Source of the DNA: Fibrobacterota bacterium
Lineage (GTDB): Bacteria; Fibrobacterota; Fibrobacteria; UBA11236
Assembly (NCBI GenBank): GCA_028287465.1
Contig: JAQBPO010000033.1
Location: 4,688-68,687 of the forward strand
Length of the DNA: 64,000 nucleotides
Direction of reading: 5' to 3'
The translations under genes and the position numbers were made by a program. The notes beneath the pieces were generated by a model. It was not told the DNA's origin, ran no database searches, and saw only the letters and a program-made list of their open reading frames with translations. Positions 1-8,964 of the stretch are shown here, piece by piece. Within the stretch, counting starts at the first letter, position 1, and every line of letters starts with the position of its first letter.

Positions 1-1514
1 TTCTTGATCTTTTCGAAGCGCTCGCCGCCGCCCTCTTCCATTCCCTTGGAATTGGCGTTCATGAACAAGGACGCGAAGACGGGATTGAAAACGAAGGCCA
101 CGAACAGGGAGCCGGCCAGGGTCACCGAGACGGTGATGGGCAGGAACTTGAAGAACTGGCCCATCATGCCCGGCATGAGCAGCAGGGGCAGGAAGGCGAA
201 GATGGTGGTCAGGGTGGCGGTGGCCACCGGAAGCATCACCTCCTTGGTGCCTTCGATGGCAGCCTGGACCTTGGTCTTGCCCATCTGGAGATGCCGGTAG
301 ATGTTCTCCACCACCACGATCCCGTCATCCACGAGCATGCCCAGGCCTATGACCAGGGAGAAGAGCACCACCATGTTCAGGGTGACGCCCATGTAATCCA
401 GCACCAGGAAACCCATCATCATGGAGAAGGGGATGGCGGTGGAGATGAAGAAGCTGTTGCGGACGCCCAGGAAGAAGGAAAGGATGAGCACCACCAGCAC
501 CAGGCCGGTGAGGATATGGTTCTGGAGTTCCTTGGCCATGCGGCGGATGGCGATGGACTGATCGAAGGTGTAGTTGACGTGGGTGCCGGCGGGCCAGGTG
601 GGCTTCAGCTCTTCCACCGTGCGCTTGGCCTCGTCCACCAGGTCCACGATGTTGGAGCCCGTGCGCTTGGTGACGGCGATGGCCTGGGAGTTCTTGCCCT
701 TGAGGCGGAATACCGTGCTGCGGTCGCGGGCGTACCCGAAATGCACGTCGGCCACGTCGCGGACGCGCACGGAGCGGGCGCCTTCGGCGCGGATGACCAG
801 GTCCGCGAACATCGCGGGGTCGGCGAGTTCGCCGGTGACCTGGATGGAGAAGCGGCTGCCCCCGGCCTTCAGGGTGCCGCCGGGGATGTTGCGGTGCTGG
901 CCCTGCACGGTCTTCATCAGATCATTGAGGCTGACGCCGTACTGCCGGAGGCGGGCGGGGTCGGCGTCGATGGCCACTTCCTTCTCCTGCTTGCCGGTGA
1001 TCTGCGCGTCCAGCACGCCCGGGATCATCTTGACGCGATCCTTGAGCTGTTCCACCACCTGGTCGAGGCGTTCGCTCTCGTAATCGCCGGAGAGGGACAT
1101 GACGAAGATGGGGATGTTCGAGAAGTTCAGTTCGCGCACGGCGGGCTCTTCGGCGTCGGCGGGGAGATCCGGCTTGGCTTCGTCGACCTTGTCCTTGACC
1201 CGGCGGAGGGCGGTTTCCACGTCCACGTTCGCGTTGAACTCCACTTGGATGGAGGACACGCTTTCCAAGGATTGGCTCGAGACCTTCTTGAGGCCGTCCA
1301 GGCCTTCCAGCTTGTCCTCGATCTTGTCCGTGACCGTCTTCTCGATATCCTCCGGCGACGCGCCCGGATAGACCACGTTGATGAAGATCAAGGGGATCTT
1401 GATTTCGGGGAAGGATTCCAGCGGCATGCTCTTGTAGGACATGGAGCCCGCCAAGAGGAGGATGACCGCCAGGACCAGGACCGTGACCGGATTCTTTACT
1501 GCGAACTTTGTCAT
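1..1514 (-). CDS. RND efflux permease, AcrB/AcrD/AcrF family (3' end runs off window start)
   Basis: Not in the ORF track (no stop in window). Manual translation from ATG 1514: MTKFAVKNPVTVLVLAVILLLAGSMSYKSMPLESFPEIKIP...; later TLNMVVLFSLVIGLGMLVDDGIVVVENI (RND TM4 DD motif). SD GAGGAG upstream; lies downstream of adaptor and TolC genes. Confidence 0.95.
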   Translation of the reverse strand, partial: MTKFAVKNPVTVLVLAVILLLAGSMSYKSMPLESFPEIKIPLIFINVVYPGASPEDIEKTVTDKIEDKLEGLDGLKKVSSQSLESVSSIQVEFNANVDVETALRRVKDKVDEAKPDLPADAEEPAVRELNFSNIPIFVMSLSGDYESERLDQVVEQLKDRVKMIPGVLDAQITGKQEKEVAIDADPARLRQYGVSLNDLMKTVQGQHRNIPGGTLKAGGSRFSIQVTGELADPAMFADLVIRAEGARSVRVRDVADVHFGYARDRSTVFRLKGKNSQAIAVTKRTGSNIVDLVDEAKRTVEELKPTWPAGTHVNYTFDQSIAIRRMAKELQNHILTGLVLVVLILSFFLGVRNSFFISTAIPFSMMMGFLVLDYMGVTLNMVVLFSLVIGLGMLVDDGIVVVENIYRHLQMGKTKVQAAIEGTKEVMLPVATATLTTIFAFLPLLLMPGMMGQFFKFLPITVSVTLAGSLFVAFVFNPVFASLFMNANSKGMEEGGGERFEKIK

Positions 1515-1664
1515 GGGAAAACTCCTCGAAAACTATTTGCCCCTGGGAAGCGCACCTCGCCGAAACCGGCGAGGCGGCATCGATTGCCCCGCCGCGGGAC
1601 CCGGCCGCCCGGCTTCATTTTCCGCTTATCGATTCTCATAGCGGCTTTTCGTCACTCGCTTGGA

Positions 1665-2714
1665 CTAGTAGGTCACCTTGGTTCCGGTCGAGACCTGGAA
1701 CGCGCCGACGGTGACGAGCATATCGCCTTCGTTGAGGCCGCTTTCCACCACGACGTCATCCCCGGCCGCGGGGCCGAGCTTGACGGGTACCTGCACGGCC
1801 TTGCCGTCGCGGACGAGCACGACCATGGTGCCTTCCTGGAGGCGGAGGACGGCGTTGGACGGGACCACGATGGCCTTGTCGTACTTCTTGCGCAGGATGC
1901 GGGTCTTGCCGACCATGCCCGGACGCAGGACATTGCCTGAATTGGGGATGTCGATGCGGGCCATGACCGTGCGGTTATGGGCCTCGACCGCGCGGTCGAT
2001 GCTCTTCAGCTTGCCGGAGAATCCCTTGGACGTGTCCTGGACCTGGGTGAATACGGCGGTCTGGCCTTCGCGGAAATCCCGGGCTTCCGACTCGGGGATG
2101 GAGACGACGGCTTCCAGGCGGCTGGTGGCCGCCACGCGCACGGTGGGGGCGCCGGGAGCCACGGTCTGGAAACGTTCGACCATGCGGCTTACGAGCACGC
2201 CCGTGAAGGGAGCCTGGCAGCGGCTGTCCTCGTAGGCGCGCTGGGCCTGCAGCATGGCCACGCGGGCCTGCTGGTAGCCGAGTTCGGCCTGATCCAGGAC
2301 CGCCTTGCCGACGAATCCCTTCTCGACGTTGACCTTCTGGCGGTCGGATTCGCCTTTGGCGACTTCCACCGCGGAGCGGGCCGCGGAAAGCATGGCCTGG
2401 TAGCGCGCGCTTTCGATGTCGCAGAGGGCCTGGCCGGCCTTGACGGACTTGCCCACTTCGGTCACGGAAGCCACCCGGCCGCCTTGCATGGGCGCAGCCA
2501 GGGTGGCATCGTCCGAGCCGCGGAGATCGGCGCCGTAGGTGCCCCAATCCTCGAACGGGATCACCTTTACGGGAATGGCCACGACGCGGACGGTGGCGAC
2601 GCTATCGGTCTTGGCGCCCTCCTTACCTTCGCCCTTGCCTTCCTTCTTGTTGCATCCGGCCAGAATGGCCGCCGCGGCCAAGGCGAACAGTGGAATCTTG
2701 ACGCGGTACATCAT
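1665..2714 (-). CDS. RND efflux periplasmic adaptor (membrane fusion protein), lipoprotein
   Basis: Lipobox ILAGC; lipoyl/hairpin motifs (VKAGQAL, APFTGV, LRPGM); between TolC and AcrB-family genes. Confidence 0.93.
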   Translation of the reverse strand: MMYRVKIPLFALAAAAILAGCNKKEGKGEGKEGAKTDSVATVRVVAIPVKVIPFEDWGTYGADLRGSDDATLAAPMQGGRVASVTEVGKSVKAGQALCDIESARYQAMLSAARSAVEVAKGESDRQKVNVEKGFVGKAVLDQAELGYQQARVAMLQAQRAYEDSRCQAPFTGVLVSRMVERFQTVAPGAPTVRVAATSRLEAVVSIPESEARDFREGQTAVFTQVQDTSKGFSGKLKSIDRAVEAHNRTVMARIDIPNSGNVLRPGMVGKTRILRKKYDKAIVVPSNAVLRLQEGTMVVLVRDGKAVQVPVKLGPAAGDDVVVESGLNEGDMLVTVGAFQVSTGTKVTY

Positions 2715-4102
2715 GGAACCTCCTCATTTATCAAACCCTTGCCCATGGCCAGGCGCATCGCCGCGGCGGAGCGTACATGCTGGTAACGCGCGCCCAGGAC
2801 GCCGAACTCGGCTTCGCGCAGGCTTTGCTCCGCGGTGAGCAGGTCGGTGAGCTGGCCCTTGCCGGCGCGGAAATCCTGGGACAGAAGGGCTTGCGCTTCC
2901 TTCGCGGCCGCCACGGCCTGCTCGGCCGCGGACAGGGCGGTATCGGCCGCCTGGTATTCGCGGAAGGCGCTTTCGATCTCGATTTGGACCATCTTCCGGG
3001 TCTGGCGGGTGGTGAGGCCCAGGCTGCGCGCGTCGGACTGGATCTGGCGGGCCTGGGACCTAAGTCCGAAGCCGTCGAACAGGGTCCAGTTGAGGCCGAC
3101 GCCTACGGACCATTCGCGGTTGTCGTCTATCTCGCCCAGCTGGTTCAGCTTGAAGGCCAATACGCCGACCTTGCCCTGGGCGCCTACGCTGGGGAGGTAC
3201 TGCATCTTGATGTACTTGGCCTGGCCTTCCAGGGATTTCTGCTGCAGTTCCATGGACTGGATATCCGCTCTCTCCGAGATCAGGGCCTGCAGGGCCTGGC
3301 TGTCCGGAAGGGATTTGACCGGGTCCATGGCGATGTGGGAGGCGGTGTCCAGATCCAGGGGCGCTTCCAGGGGCCGGCCCAGGACGCGGTTCAGGGACAT
3401 GCGCGCGGCCTCGGCGTCCCGCTCGGCGCGGATGCGCTGGGGCTCGAGGGATTTCAGGGAGGTGATGGCCAGGAGAACGATGGAACGCTGGCCCGCGCCC
3501 ATCTTGAAATTGCTTTCCAGGAAGTTCACGGTTTCACGCTGGCGCTTGACGGCCGATTCCAGGGTGCCGAGACGGGCCTGGGAGGTGACGGCGCCGTAAT
3601 AGGCGTCCAATACCTGCAGCTGCAATTGCTGGACGGAGCGGCGGCGCGAGGAGCGGTCGGCCTGGTCCTGGATATTGGCGGTGCGGATGGCCTGGCCCAG
3701 GCGGCCGAAGGAGAAGATGGATTGCTCGGCCTGGAGGCCGTAGGAAAAGCGGTTCTGCGCGACATTGATGACGGAAGGGGTAGCCTGGGCGGTCTTGCCG
3801 CCGGTGGTATCGCCTCCGCTGAATCCCAGGGAGGACAGGTCGAAGGGCGAGGCCCCGCGGCCCGCGTTGGCATAGGCGGAGACGCGCGGGAAGGCGCCGG
3901 CCCAGGCCTGGCTGCGGAGGGCTTCGAAACGGTTCTCCTTCTCCTTGAGGATCAGGACCTCTTCGCTCTTGGTCAACCCTTCGCGGAGGGCCGCTTCCAG
4001 GGTGAGCGGTTCCGCCCCGGCCGCGGCCGGGAGCAGGAAGGCGCCGGCGATGGCCGTTATGGCTGCGGCGGATTTAAGGATGGGATGGAAACTACTTGGC
4101 AT
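2711..4102 (-). CDS. TolC-family outer membrane efflux protein
   Basis: Signal peptide then LTLEAALREGL; two OEP-like repeats (YLPSVGAQG, LFDGF); 4-nt overlap with adaptor gene. Confidence 0.92.
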   Translation of the reverse strand: MPSSFHPILKSAAAITAIAGAFLLPAAAGAEPLTLEAALREGLTKSEEVLILKEKENRFEALRSQAWAGAFPRVSAYANAGRGASPFDLSSLGFSGGDTTGGKTAQATPSVINVAQNRFSYGLQAEQSIFSFGRLGQAIRTANIQDQADRSSRRRSVQQLQLQVLDAYYGAVTSQARLGTLESAVKRQRETVNFLESNFKMGAGQRSIVLLAITSLKSLEPQRIRAERDAEAARMSLNRVLGRPLEAPLDLDTASHIAMDPVKSLPDSQALQALISERADIQSMELQQKSLEGQAKYIKMQYLPSVGAQGKVGVLAFKLNQLGEIDDNREWSVGVGLNWTLFDGFGLRSQARQIQSDARSLGLTTRQTRKMVQIEIESAFREYQAADTALSAAEQAVAAAKEAQALLSQDFRAGKGQLTDLLTAEQSLREAEFGVLGARYQHVRSAAAMRLAMGKGLINEEVP

Positions 4103-4718
4103 GGTATTCCGCCCTGGCTTTATCGGTGAGCAGGCCTTCGAACAGCACCTTGCAGATGGCGTCGTAGACTTGCGTGGGTTTGAAGGGAAGCCCGGAGAGG
4201 ACTTCCGGATTGAGGATGTCGCGCACGACGTTGGCGTAGATGAGGATGAACAGGCGCTCGTCCACGTCCTTGCGGAACATCCCCTTTTGGCGGCCTTCCT
4301 TGATCAAGGCCCCGAAATCGGATTCGATGTTCTTCTGGCGGTGCTCTTCCACGCTTTTCCAGATTTCCGGGGCGTTGCGGCGGAGATCGTGCATGAGCGG
4401 TTCGCTCATCTGGCTGAAGAGGCCGGTGACATAGGTCATGGTGAGCTTGAGCCGCTCCAGGGGCGAGACGTCATGGCGCCCGCAGATGGCTTTCAGGGAG
4501 GCGTCGCATTCCTGCATGTGCCCGGAGGTGACTTCCTGCAGCAGGTCTTCCTTGCTGGGGAAGTAGCGGTAGAGGGTTTTCTTGCTCATGCCCAGGGCCT
4601 CGGCGGCCTCGTCCATGGTCACCTTGCTGAAGCCGTAACGGAAGAACAGGGCGCGCGCTTCGACCAGGATCCGGTTCCGGACTTCTTCGTCGAGCTTGGG
4701 TTCGGTATGGACGGCCAT
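4092..4718 (-). CDS. TetR/AcrR family transcriptional regulator
   Basis: HTH: RILVEARALFFRYGFSKVTMDEAAEALGMSKKTLYRYFPSKEDL; first gene of the efflux operon. Confidence 0.96.
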   Translation of the reverse strand: MAVHTEPKLDEEVRNRILVEARALFFRYGFSKVTMDEAAEALGMSKKTLYRYFPSKEDLLQEVTSGHMQECDASLKAICGRHDVSPLERLKLTMTYVTGLFSQMSEPLMHDLRRNAPEIWKSVEEHRQKNIESDFGALIKEGRQKGMFRKDVDERLFILIYANVVRDILNPEVLSGLPFKPTQVYDAICKVLFEGLLTDKARAEYHAK

Positions 4719-4736
4719 GGGTGCGCTGAAAACTCC

Positions 4737-4764
4737 GGAAACTCTCTAGGTATTTCGAGTTTCC
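4737..4764. promoter_or_regulatory. Candidate TetR operator (inverted repeat GGAAACTC-N12-GAGTTTCC)
   Basis: Perfect 8-bp inverted repeat 18 nt upstream of the TetR start codon; operator role inferred from typical TetR autoregulation. Confidence 0.6.
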
Positions 4765-5063
4765 ATATTAATTGATATCGAAGGGGATGTCTAGGGGGCG
4801 GAAACTTTTTGTTCCCGGTCCGGACATAGGTAGTAAAGCCATGATTCATGGTCATATACGGACCTTATGGTAAGTACCCGTTCGGTAAGGTTCGGGCACG
4901 CATCGGGTTCCTATCCGTAACCGGATCGGGAAAGTGTAAAAAGCGGAAAAGCGGAATAAAGAAAATCCATCCGCTTGAGGCTTAAGAGGTAATTTCAATA
5001 ATCCAAGGCCGAATTCCGTCCGTATCCGGAGTTCAAACCTATAGGTCCTTCGAAAGGAAAACC

Positions 5064-5393
5064 ATGTCCAGCTACTATCTGTCCGAAGATCTTTCCCGCT
5101 TCGGGGATATGGCCAACGCCAACCCCAAATTATTTGACCTTTTCATGAAGTGGTACTCGACCACCATGGAACCCGGCGCCCTGGACGCGCGCACCAAGAA
5201 ACTGATCGCCTTGGCGGTCTCCTTCGCCATCCAGGAACCCTATTGCATCGATTCGTATTCCTCCGCCTGCGCGGACGAGGGGATCTCCCCCGAGGAGATG
5301 GCGGAAGCCGTGAACGTGGCCGCGGCCATCCGCGGGGGCGGGACCATCGCCCACTGGGTCCAGGCCGGCAATACCCTGGCCCGCAAGGGATGA
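5064..5393 (+). CDS. AhpD/carboxymuconolactone decarboxylase-family protein, resembling the arsenosugar-biosynthesis-associated peroxidase-like family
   Basis: GALDARTKKLIALAVSFAIQEPYCIDSY...EEMAEAVNVAAAIRGG fits the CMD fold; N-terminal YY..EDL.RFG is recalled from the ArsS-associated subfamily; SD AAGGA; CxxC appears as ExxC. Confidence 0.8.
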   Translation: MSSYYLSEDLSRFGDMANANPKLFDLFMKWYSTTMEPGALDARTKKLIALAVSFAIQEPYCIDSYSSACADEGISPEEMAEAVNVAAAIRGGGTIAHWVQAGNTLARKG

Positions 5394-5394
5394 G

Positions 5395-6615
5395 ATGAGC
5401 GCGGGGCGGACGGCGGCGAAAAAAGCGGTGGTGATGGGCGCGGGGCCGATGGGCCTGTACGCGGCCTTCCTGGCGGCGGAGCGCGGCCTGGACGTAACCG
5501 TGCTGGAACGGGATCGCATCGGTTCCTCCTTGCTGGGCTGGGGAAACGCCCGATTCTTTTCGCCCCTGGATATGAACGTGCCCGCCGCGGTCCGGAAGGC
5601 CCTGCCGGGATTGCCTCCGGGCGATTCCCTGCTCACCGGCCCGGAGATGGTCGGGCAGGTCCTTCTCCCTCTCTCCCGGCTGCCCCTGCTGTATGACCGC
5701 GTCCGCCTGAGGCATCAGGTCCTGGACGCCGGGCGGGCCGGCCTGTCCCGCAAGGATTTCCCGGGCCATCCCGTACGGCATGAGAAACCCTTCCGCCTCC
5801 TGGTGCGCGGGCCGGAGGGCGAATATACCCTGGACGCGGATCTCCTTCTCGACGCCACCGGCGCCTGCCATCACCCTAATCCCATCGGCTCCGGCGGCCT
5901 GCCGGCCCCGGGGGAAGGGGCCTTCGAGGGTCGCATCCTGCGGCGCCTGGGCGACTTGGAAGCCTTCCTGGCCGGATTCCGGTCCGGGCGCATGCTTCTG
6001 GTGGGCCACGGCCACTCCGCCGCCCACGCCCTGCTCTCCCTTAGGGACGCGGCTTCCCGTAACCCGGATATTTCCGTAACCTGGGCCTTCCGCTCCCGCA
6101 ATACCCGCCCTTTCCGGGAGATCCCGGACGATCCCCTGCCGGGCCGGGCCGCCATCGTCACCGCGGCCAACGCCTTGGCCGCCGCGCCGCCCCCGTTCCT
6201 GGAAATCCGCCGCGCGGCCACCATCGCGGGGCTCGGAAAGGCGGGGCCGGGGGAGGGCGGCGTTGGCGGAGAGGATGGCAATCGCATCAGGGCCTCCTTC
6301 GCCTCCGGGGACCGGAAGGAAGCCGGCGCATTCGATGCCGTGGCCGCCTTCACCGGCCATCGCCCGGACCTTTCCTTCCTGTCGGAGTTGGCCTTGGACC
6401 TGTCCCCCGCCACCCAGGGTACGCGCCGCCTGCACGCGCTGCTGAGCGGCGCCACCGACTGCCTGTCCATCCCCGTCCCCGGTCCCCTGGATCTCGGATC
6501 CGGCGAACCGGGTTTCCATCTGTTGGGTTCGAAAAGCTACGGCCGGGCCAATACCTTCCTGCTCCGGGACGGCATCCTCCATCTGGAAATGATCCTCAAG
6601 CATGCCCTTGGATAG
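5395..6615 (+). CDS. FAD/NAD(P)-dependent oxidoreductase (flavin monooxygenase-like)
   Basis: GAGPMG Rossmann motif, DATG, second dinucleotide site VGHGHSA, C-terminal GSKSYGRANTFLLRDG. Confidence 0.85.
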   Translation: MSAGRTAAKKAVVMGAGPMGLYAAFLAAERGLDVTVLERDRIGSSLLGWGNARFFSPLDMNVPAAVRKALPGLPPGDSLLTGPEMVGQVLLPLSRLPLLYDRVRLRHQVLDAGRAGLSRKDFPGHPVRHEKPFRLLVRGPEGEYTLDADLLLDATGACHHPNPIGSGGLPAPGEGAFEGRILRRLGDLEAFLAGFRSGRMLLVGHGHSAAHALLSLRDAASRNPDISVTWAFRSRNTRPFREIPDDPLPGRAAIVTAANALAAAPPPFLEIRRAATIAGLGKAGPGEGGVGGEDGNRIRASFASGDRKEAGAFDAVAAFTGHRPDLSFLSELALDLSPATQGTRRLHALLSGATDCLSIPVPGPLDLGSGEPGFHLLGSKSYGRANTFLLRDGILHLEMILKHALG

Positions 6616-7519
6616 TTCCCGCAGGTCCGATAGTTCCGTTGGTTGTGAAAAGGGCTCCCCCGCCTTTCCTTCCGTTCCCATGCTGGGCCTTGAGACGGTG
6701 TGGTTCCAGGTGGCGGGATCGATCTGCAACCTGGCCTGCTCCCATTGCTTCATCTCCTGTTCGCCGACCAACCGCTCCCATGCCATGATGGCCGCGGCCG
6801 ACGTGGAGCGCCACCTGGCGGAATCGGAAAGCCTGGGCGTGCGCGAGTATTATTTCACGGGCGGGGAACCCTTCCTCAATCCGGAACTGATGGAGATGCT
6901 GGCGGCCGCCCTGCGCCGGGGCCCGGCGACGGTGCTCACCAATGGCACCCTGATCAACGCCCGCCGCGCCGCCGGACTCAAGGCCCTGGCGGACGGGTCC
7001 CCCTACAGCCTGGACATCCGCCTCTCCCTGGACGGCTTCGCCCCGGAAGCCAACGACGCCATCCGCGGACCGGGGACCTTCGAACGCATCCTGGAAGCCA
7101 TCTCCCACCTGGCCGCGGCCGGCATCAATCCCGTCATCACGGTGACCGAGGCCTGCGAGGACGCGATCGGATCGGACGGCCGCGCCCGCCTGCTGGAGCG
7201 CCTGCGGACCATGGGCCTGGATCGGCCTCGCCTGAAGGTGATGCCCCTGTTGCGCCTGGGGGCCGAGACGGAGCGGACGCGAGGCTACGGGGAGGAAGAG
7301 ACCCTGGCCGGGATGGAATTGGCCGCAGCCGATACTGCCGCCCTGCAATGCGCTTCCGGGCGCATGGTGACGGCCGGGGGCGTGTACGTCTGCCCCATCC
7401 TGATCGACTCCCGGGAGGCCCGCATGGGCGGGACCTTGTCGGAAACCCTGCGTCCGTATCCCTTGCGCCATCGCGCCTGCCACACCTGCCACGCCCAGGG
7501 CCTGAATTGCCGGACCTGA
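6602..7519 (+). CDS. Radical SAM protein with Cys-rich C-terminus
   Basis: CNLACSHC (CxxxCxxC), FTGGEPF, LTNGTL, SLDG; extra Cys in LQC...VCPIL...CHTC...C. True start could be slightly downstream. Confidence 0.92.
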   Translation: MPLDSSRRSDSSVGCEKGSPAFPSVPMLGLETVWFQVAGSICNLACSHCFISCSPTNRSHAMMAAADVERHLAESESLGVREYYFTGGEPFLNPELMEMLAAALRRGPATVLTNGTLINARRAAGLKALADGSPYSLDIRLSLDGFAPEANDAIRGPGTFERILEAISHLAAAGINPVITVTEACEDAIGSDGRARLLERLRTMGLDRPRLKVMPLLRLGAETERTRGYGEEETLAGMELAAADTAALQCASGRMVTAGGVYVCPILIDSREARMGGTLSETLRPYPLRHRACHTCHAQGLNCRT

Positions 7520-7533
7520 CCGGCGCAACCCCC

Positions 7534-8370
7534 ATGTTACCTACGGCCAGGGAAACCTTCGCGGGCGGATTCAGGCGGGTCGCCTTTTTCGGAGGCGTCT
7601 ACTCCAATTACCTGGCCTTGGCCGAGGCCCATGCCCTGGCCCGCTCCCTGAAGGTCGACGCCGTTTTCGCCTTGGGGGATTTCGGCGCCTTCGGGCCCCA
7701 TCCGGACCGCACCGTGGACTTCCTGCGGGAATCCGGCATCCCGTGCATCCAGGGCAATTACGAGGAGGCCTTGTCGGACGCGGCCGAAGATTGCCGTTGC
7801 GGGTACACCGACCCGCGGGACAACCACTATGCGCGCCTTTCCTTCGACTACACTTCCTCCCGGACCTCGCCGCACCATAAGGCCTGGATGGGAGACCTAC
7901 CCCGCCACCTGCGCCTGACCCTGGGCGGGACGCGCGTGCTTTGCTGCCACGGTTCCCCGCGGCGCATCAACGAATTCCTCTGGGCCAGCTCCACCTCGGA
8001 CGCCTATTTGCGCAGGCTCCTGGACGAGTACGGAACCGATCTGCTGGTCTGCACCCATACCGGCCTGCATTGGTCGAGGATGATCGCGCCGGCCCAAGGA
8101 GGGCGTCCCGCGCGAGGCATCCTCAACGTGGGGGCCTTGGGACGCCCTGCCAATAACGGGCGGACGGAGGTCTGGTTCGCGATCGCGGAAGCGTCCGAAG
8201 GCGGGGTCCGGGTCGAATTCGTCCCGGTGCCTTATGACCATGGGCGCCTGGCCCGGGAGATGGAGGCGGAAGGCCTGCCGCGGGAATTCCGCGAGACCAT
8301 CCTGACGGGCTGGTGGACCACCTGCCTGGAAATCCTGCCGGCCAAGGAACGGGCCGCGGGGCGGTTCTAG
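7534..8370 (+). CDS. Metallophosphoesterase (calcineurin-like) fold protein with atypical metal motifs
   Basis: C-terminal part of ORF 6700..8370, ATG at 7534; motifs GGVYSN, LGDFG, GNYE, HGSP, THTG, NVGALG; DCRCGY insert. Confidence 0.82.
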   Translation: MLPTARETFAGGFRRVAFFGGVYSNYLALAEAHALARSLKVDAVFALGDFGAFGPHPDRTVDFLRESGIPCIQGNYEEALSDAAEDCRCGYTDPRDNHYARLSFDYTSSRTSPHHKAWMGDLPRHLRLTLGGTRVLCCHGSPRRINEFLWASSTSDAYLRRLLDEYGTDLLVCTHTGLHWSRMIAPAQGGRPARGILNVGALGRPANNGRTEVWFAIAEASEGGVRVEFVPVPYDHGRLAREMEAEGLPREFRETILTGWWTTCLEILPAKERAAGRF

Positions 8371-8870
8371 GCTTGGCGCGTTACGGTGAAGACCGGCGGG
8401 TTCTTCAGGGTCTGCAGCACCACGCAATACCGTTCCGTCAGCTTCATCAGCGAAGCGATCTGATCTTCCGTCGCGTCCGTATCCAGACTGAAGCCCAGGC
8501 GGATCTCGCGGAACCCGACCGGCGCCTCCTTCGACACGCCGAGCGTCCCTCGGAAATCCAGCAGCCCCTCCGCCGTTACGGTGGCGTCCCGGAGGCCCAC
8601 TCCGATGGCGGTGGAAACCGCGCGCAGGGTGACTCCCGCGCAGGCGGCGAGCGCCTCCAGCAGCATGTCCCCGGAACAGGCCTGGGCGCCCGTACCCCCG
8701 GTCGCGGGGTGGAGGCCGGCCTCCACCAGGGCTTTACCGGTTTCCAGGCGGCAGGCGATGCCTTCGGTAATCCGGGATTGCGCCTTCAGGGTGACAAGCG
8801 CGGCGTCCGGATCCTGTTTATATCGCTCTTTCAAGGGTGCCTGCATGGCTTTCAGGGTTTCAGGCGTCAT
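8367..8870 (-). CDS. OsmC/Ohr family protein
   Basis: ATG 8870 with SD GAGGA; ACSGDMLLEALAACAGVT and TERYCVVLQTL carry the conserved cysteines. Confidence 0.9.
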   Translation of the reverse strand: MTPETLKAMQAPLKERYKQDPDAALVTLKAQSRITEGIACRLETGKALVEAGLHPATGGTGAQACSGDMLLEALAACAGVTLRAVSTAIGVGLRDATVTAEGLLDFRGTLGVSKEAPVGFREIRLGFSLDTDATEDQIASLMKLTERYCVVLQTLKNPPVFTVTRQA

Positions 8871-8964
8871 GATTTTTTCCTCGCAGGTAATGGGGACGTT
8901 TGCCCAAAAATAACCGAATCCGGTCGACCTGCGGCACCTCACGGCGCTCGCCCTGCTCGGGGAG

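Noticed and set aside
291..1940. 549-aa plus-strand ORF
   Set aside because: Antisense shadow of the AcrB-family and adaptor genes; no recognisable motifs.
7517..7560. Selenocysteine read-through of the radical SAM TGA
   Set aside because: The protein looks complete at the stop, the next gene starts 14 nt later, and I saw no convincing SECIS hairpin.
6700..8370. 556-aa ORF or a radical SAM-phosphoesterase frameshift fusion
   Set aside because: The first half is an alternate frame of the radical SAM gene; both genes have their own plausible start and stop, and I saw no slippery site.
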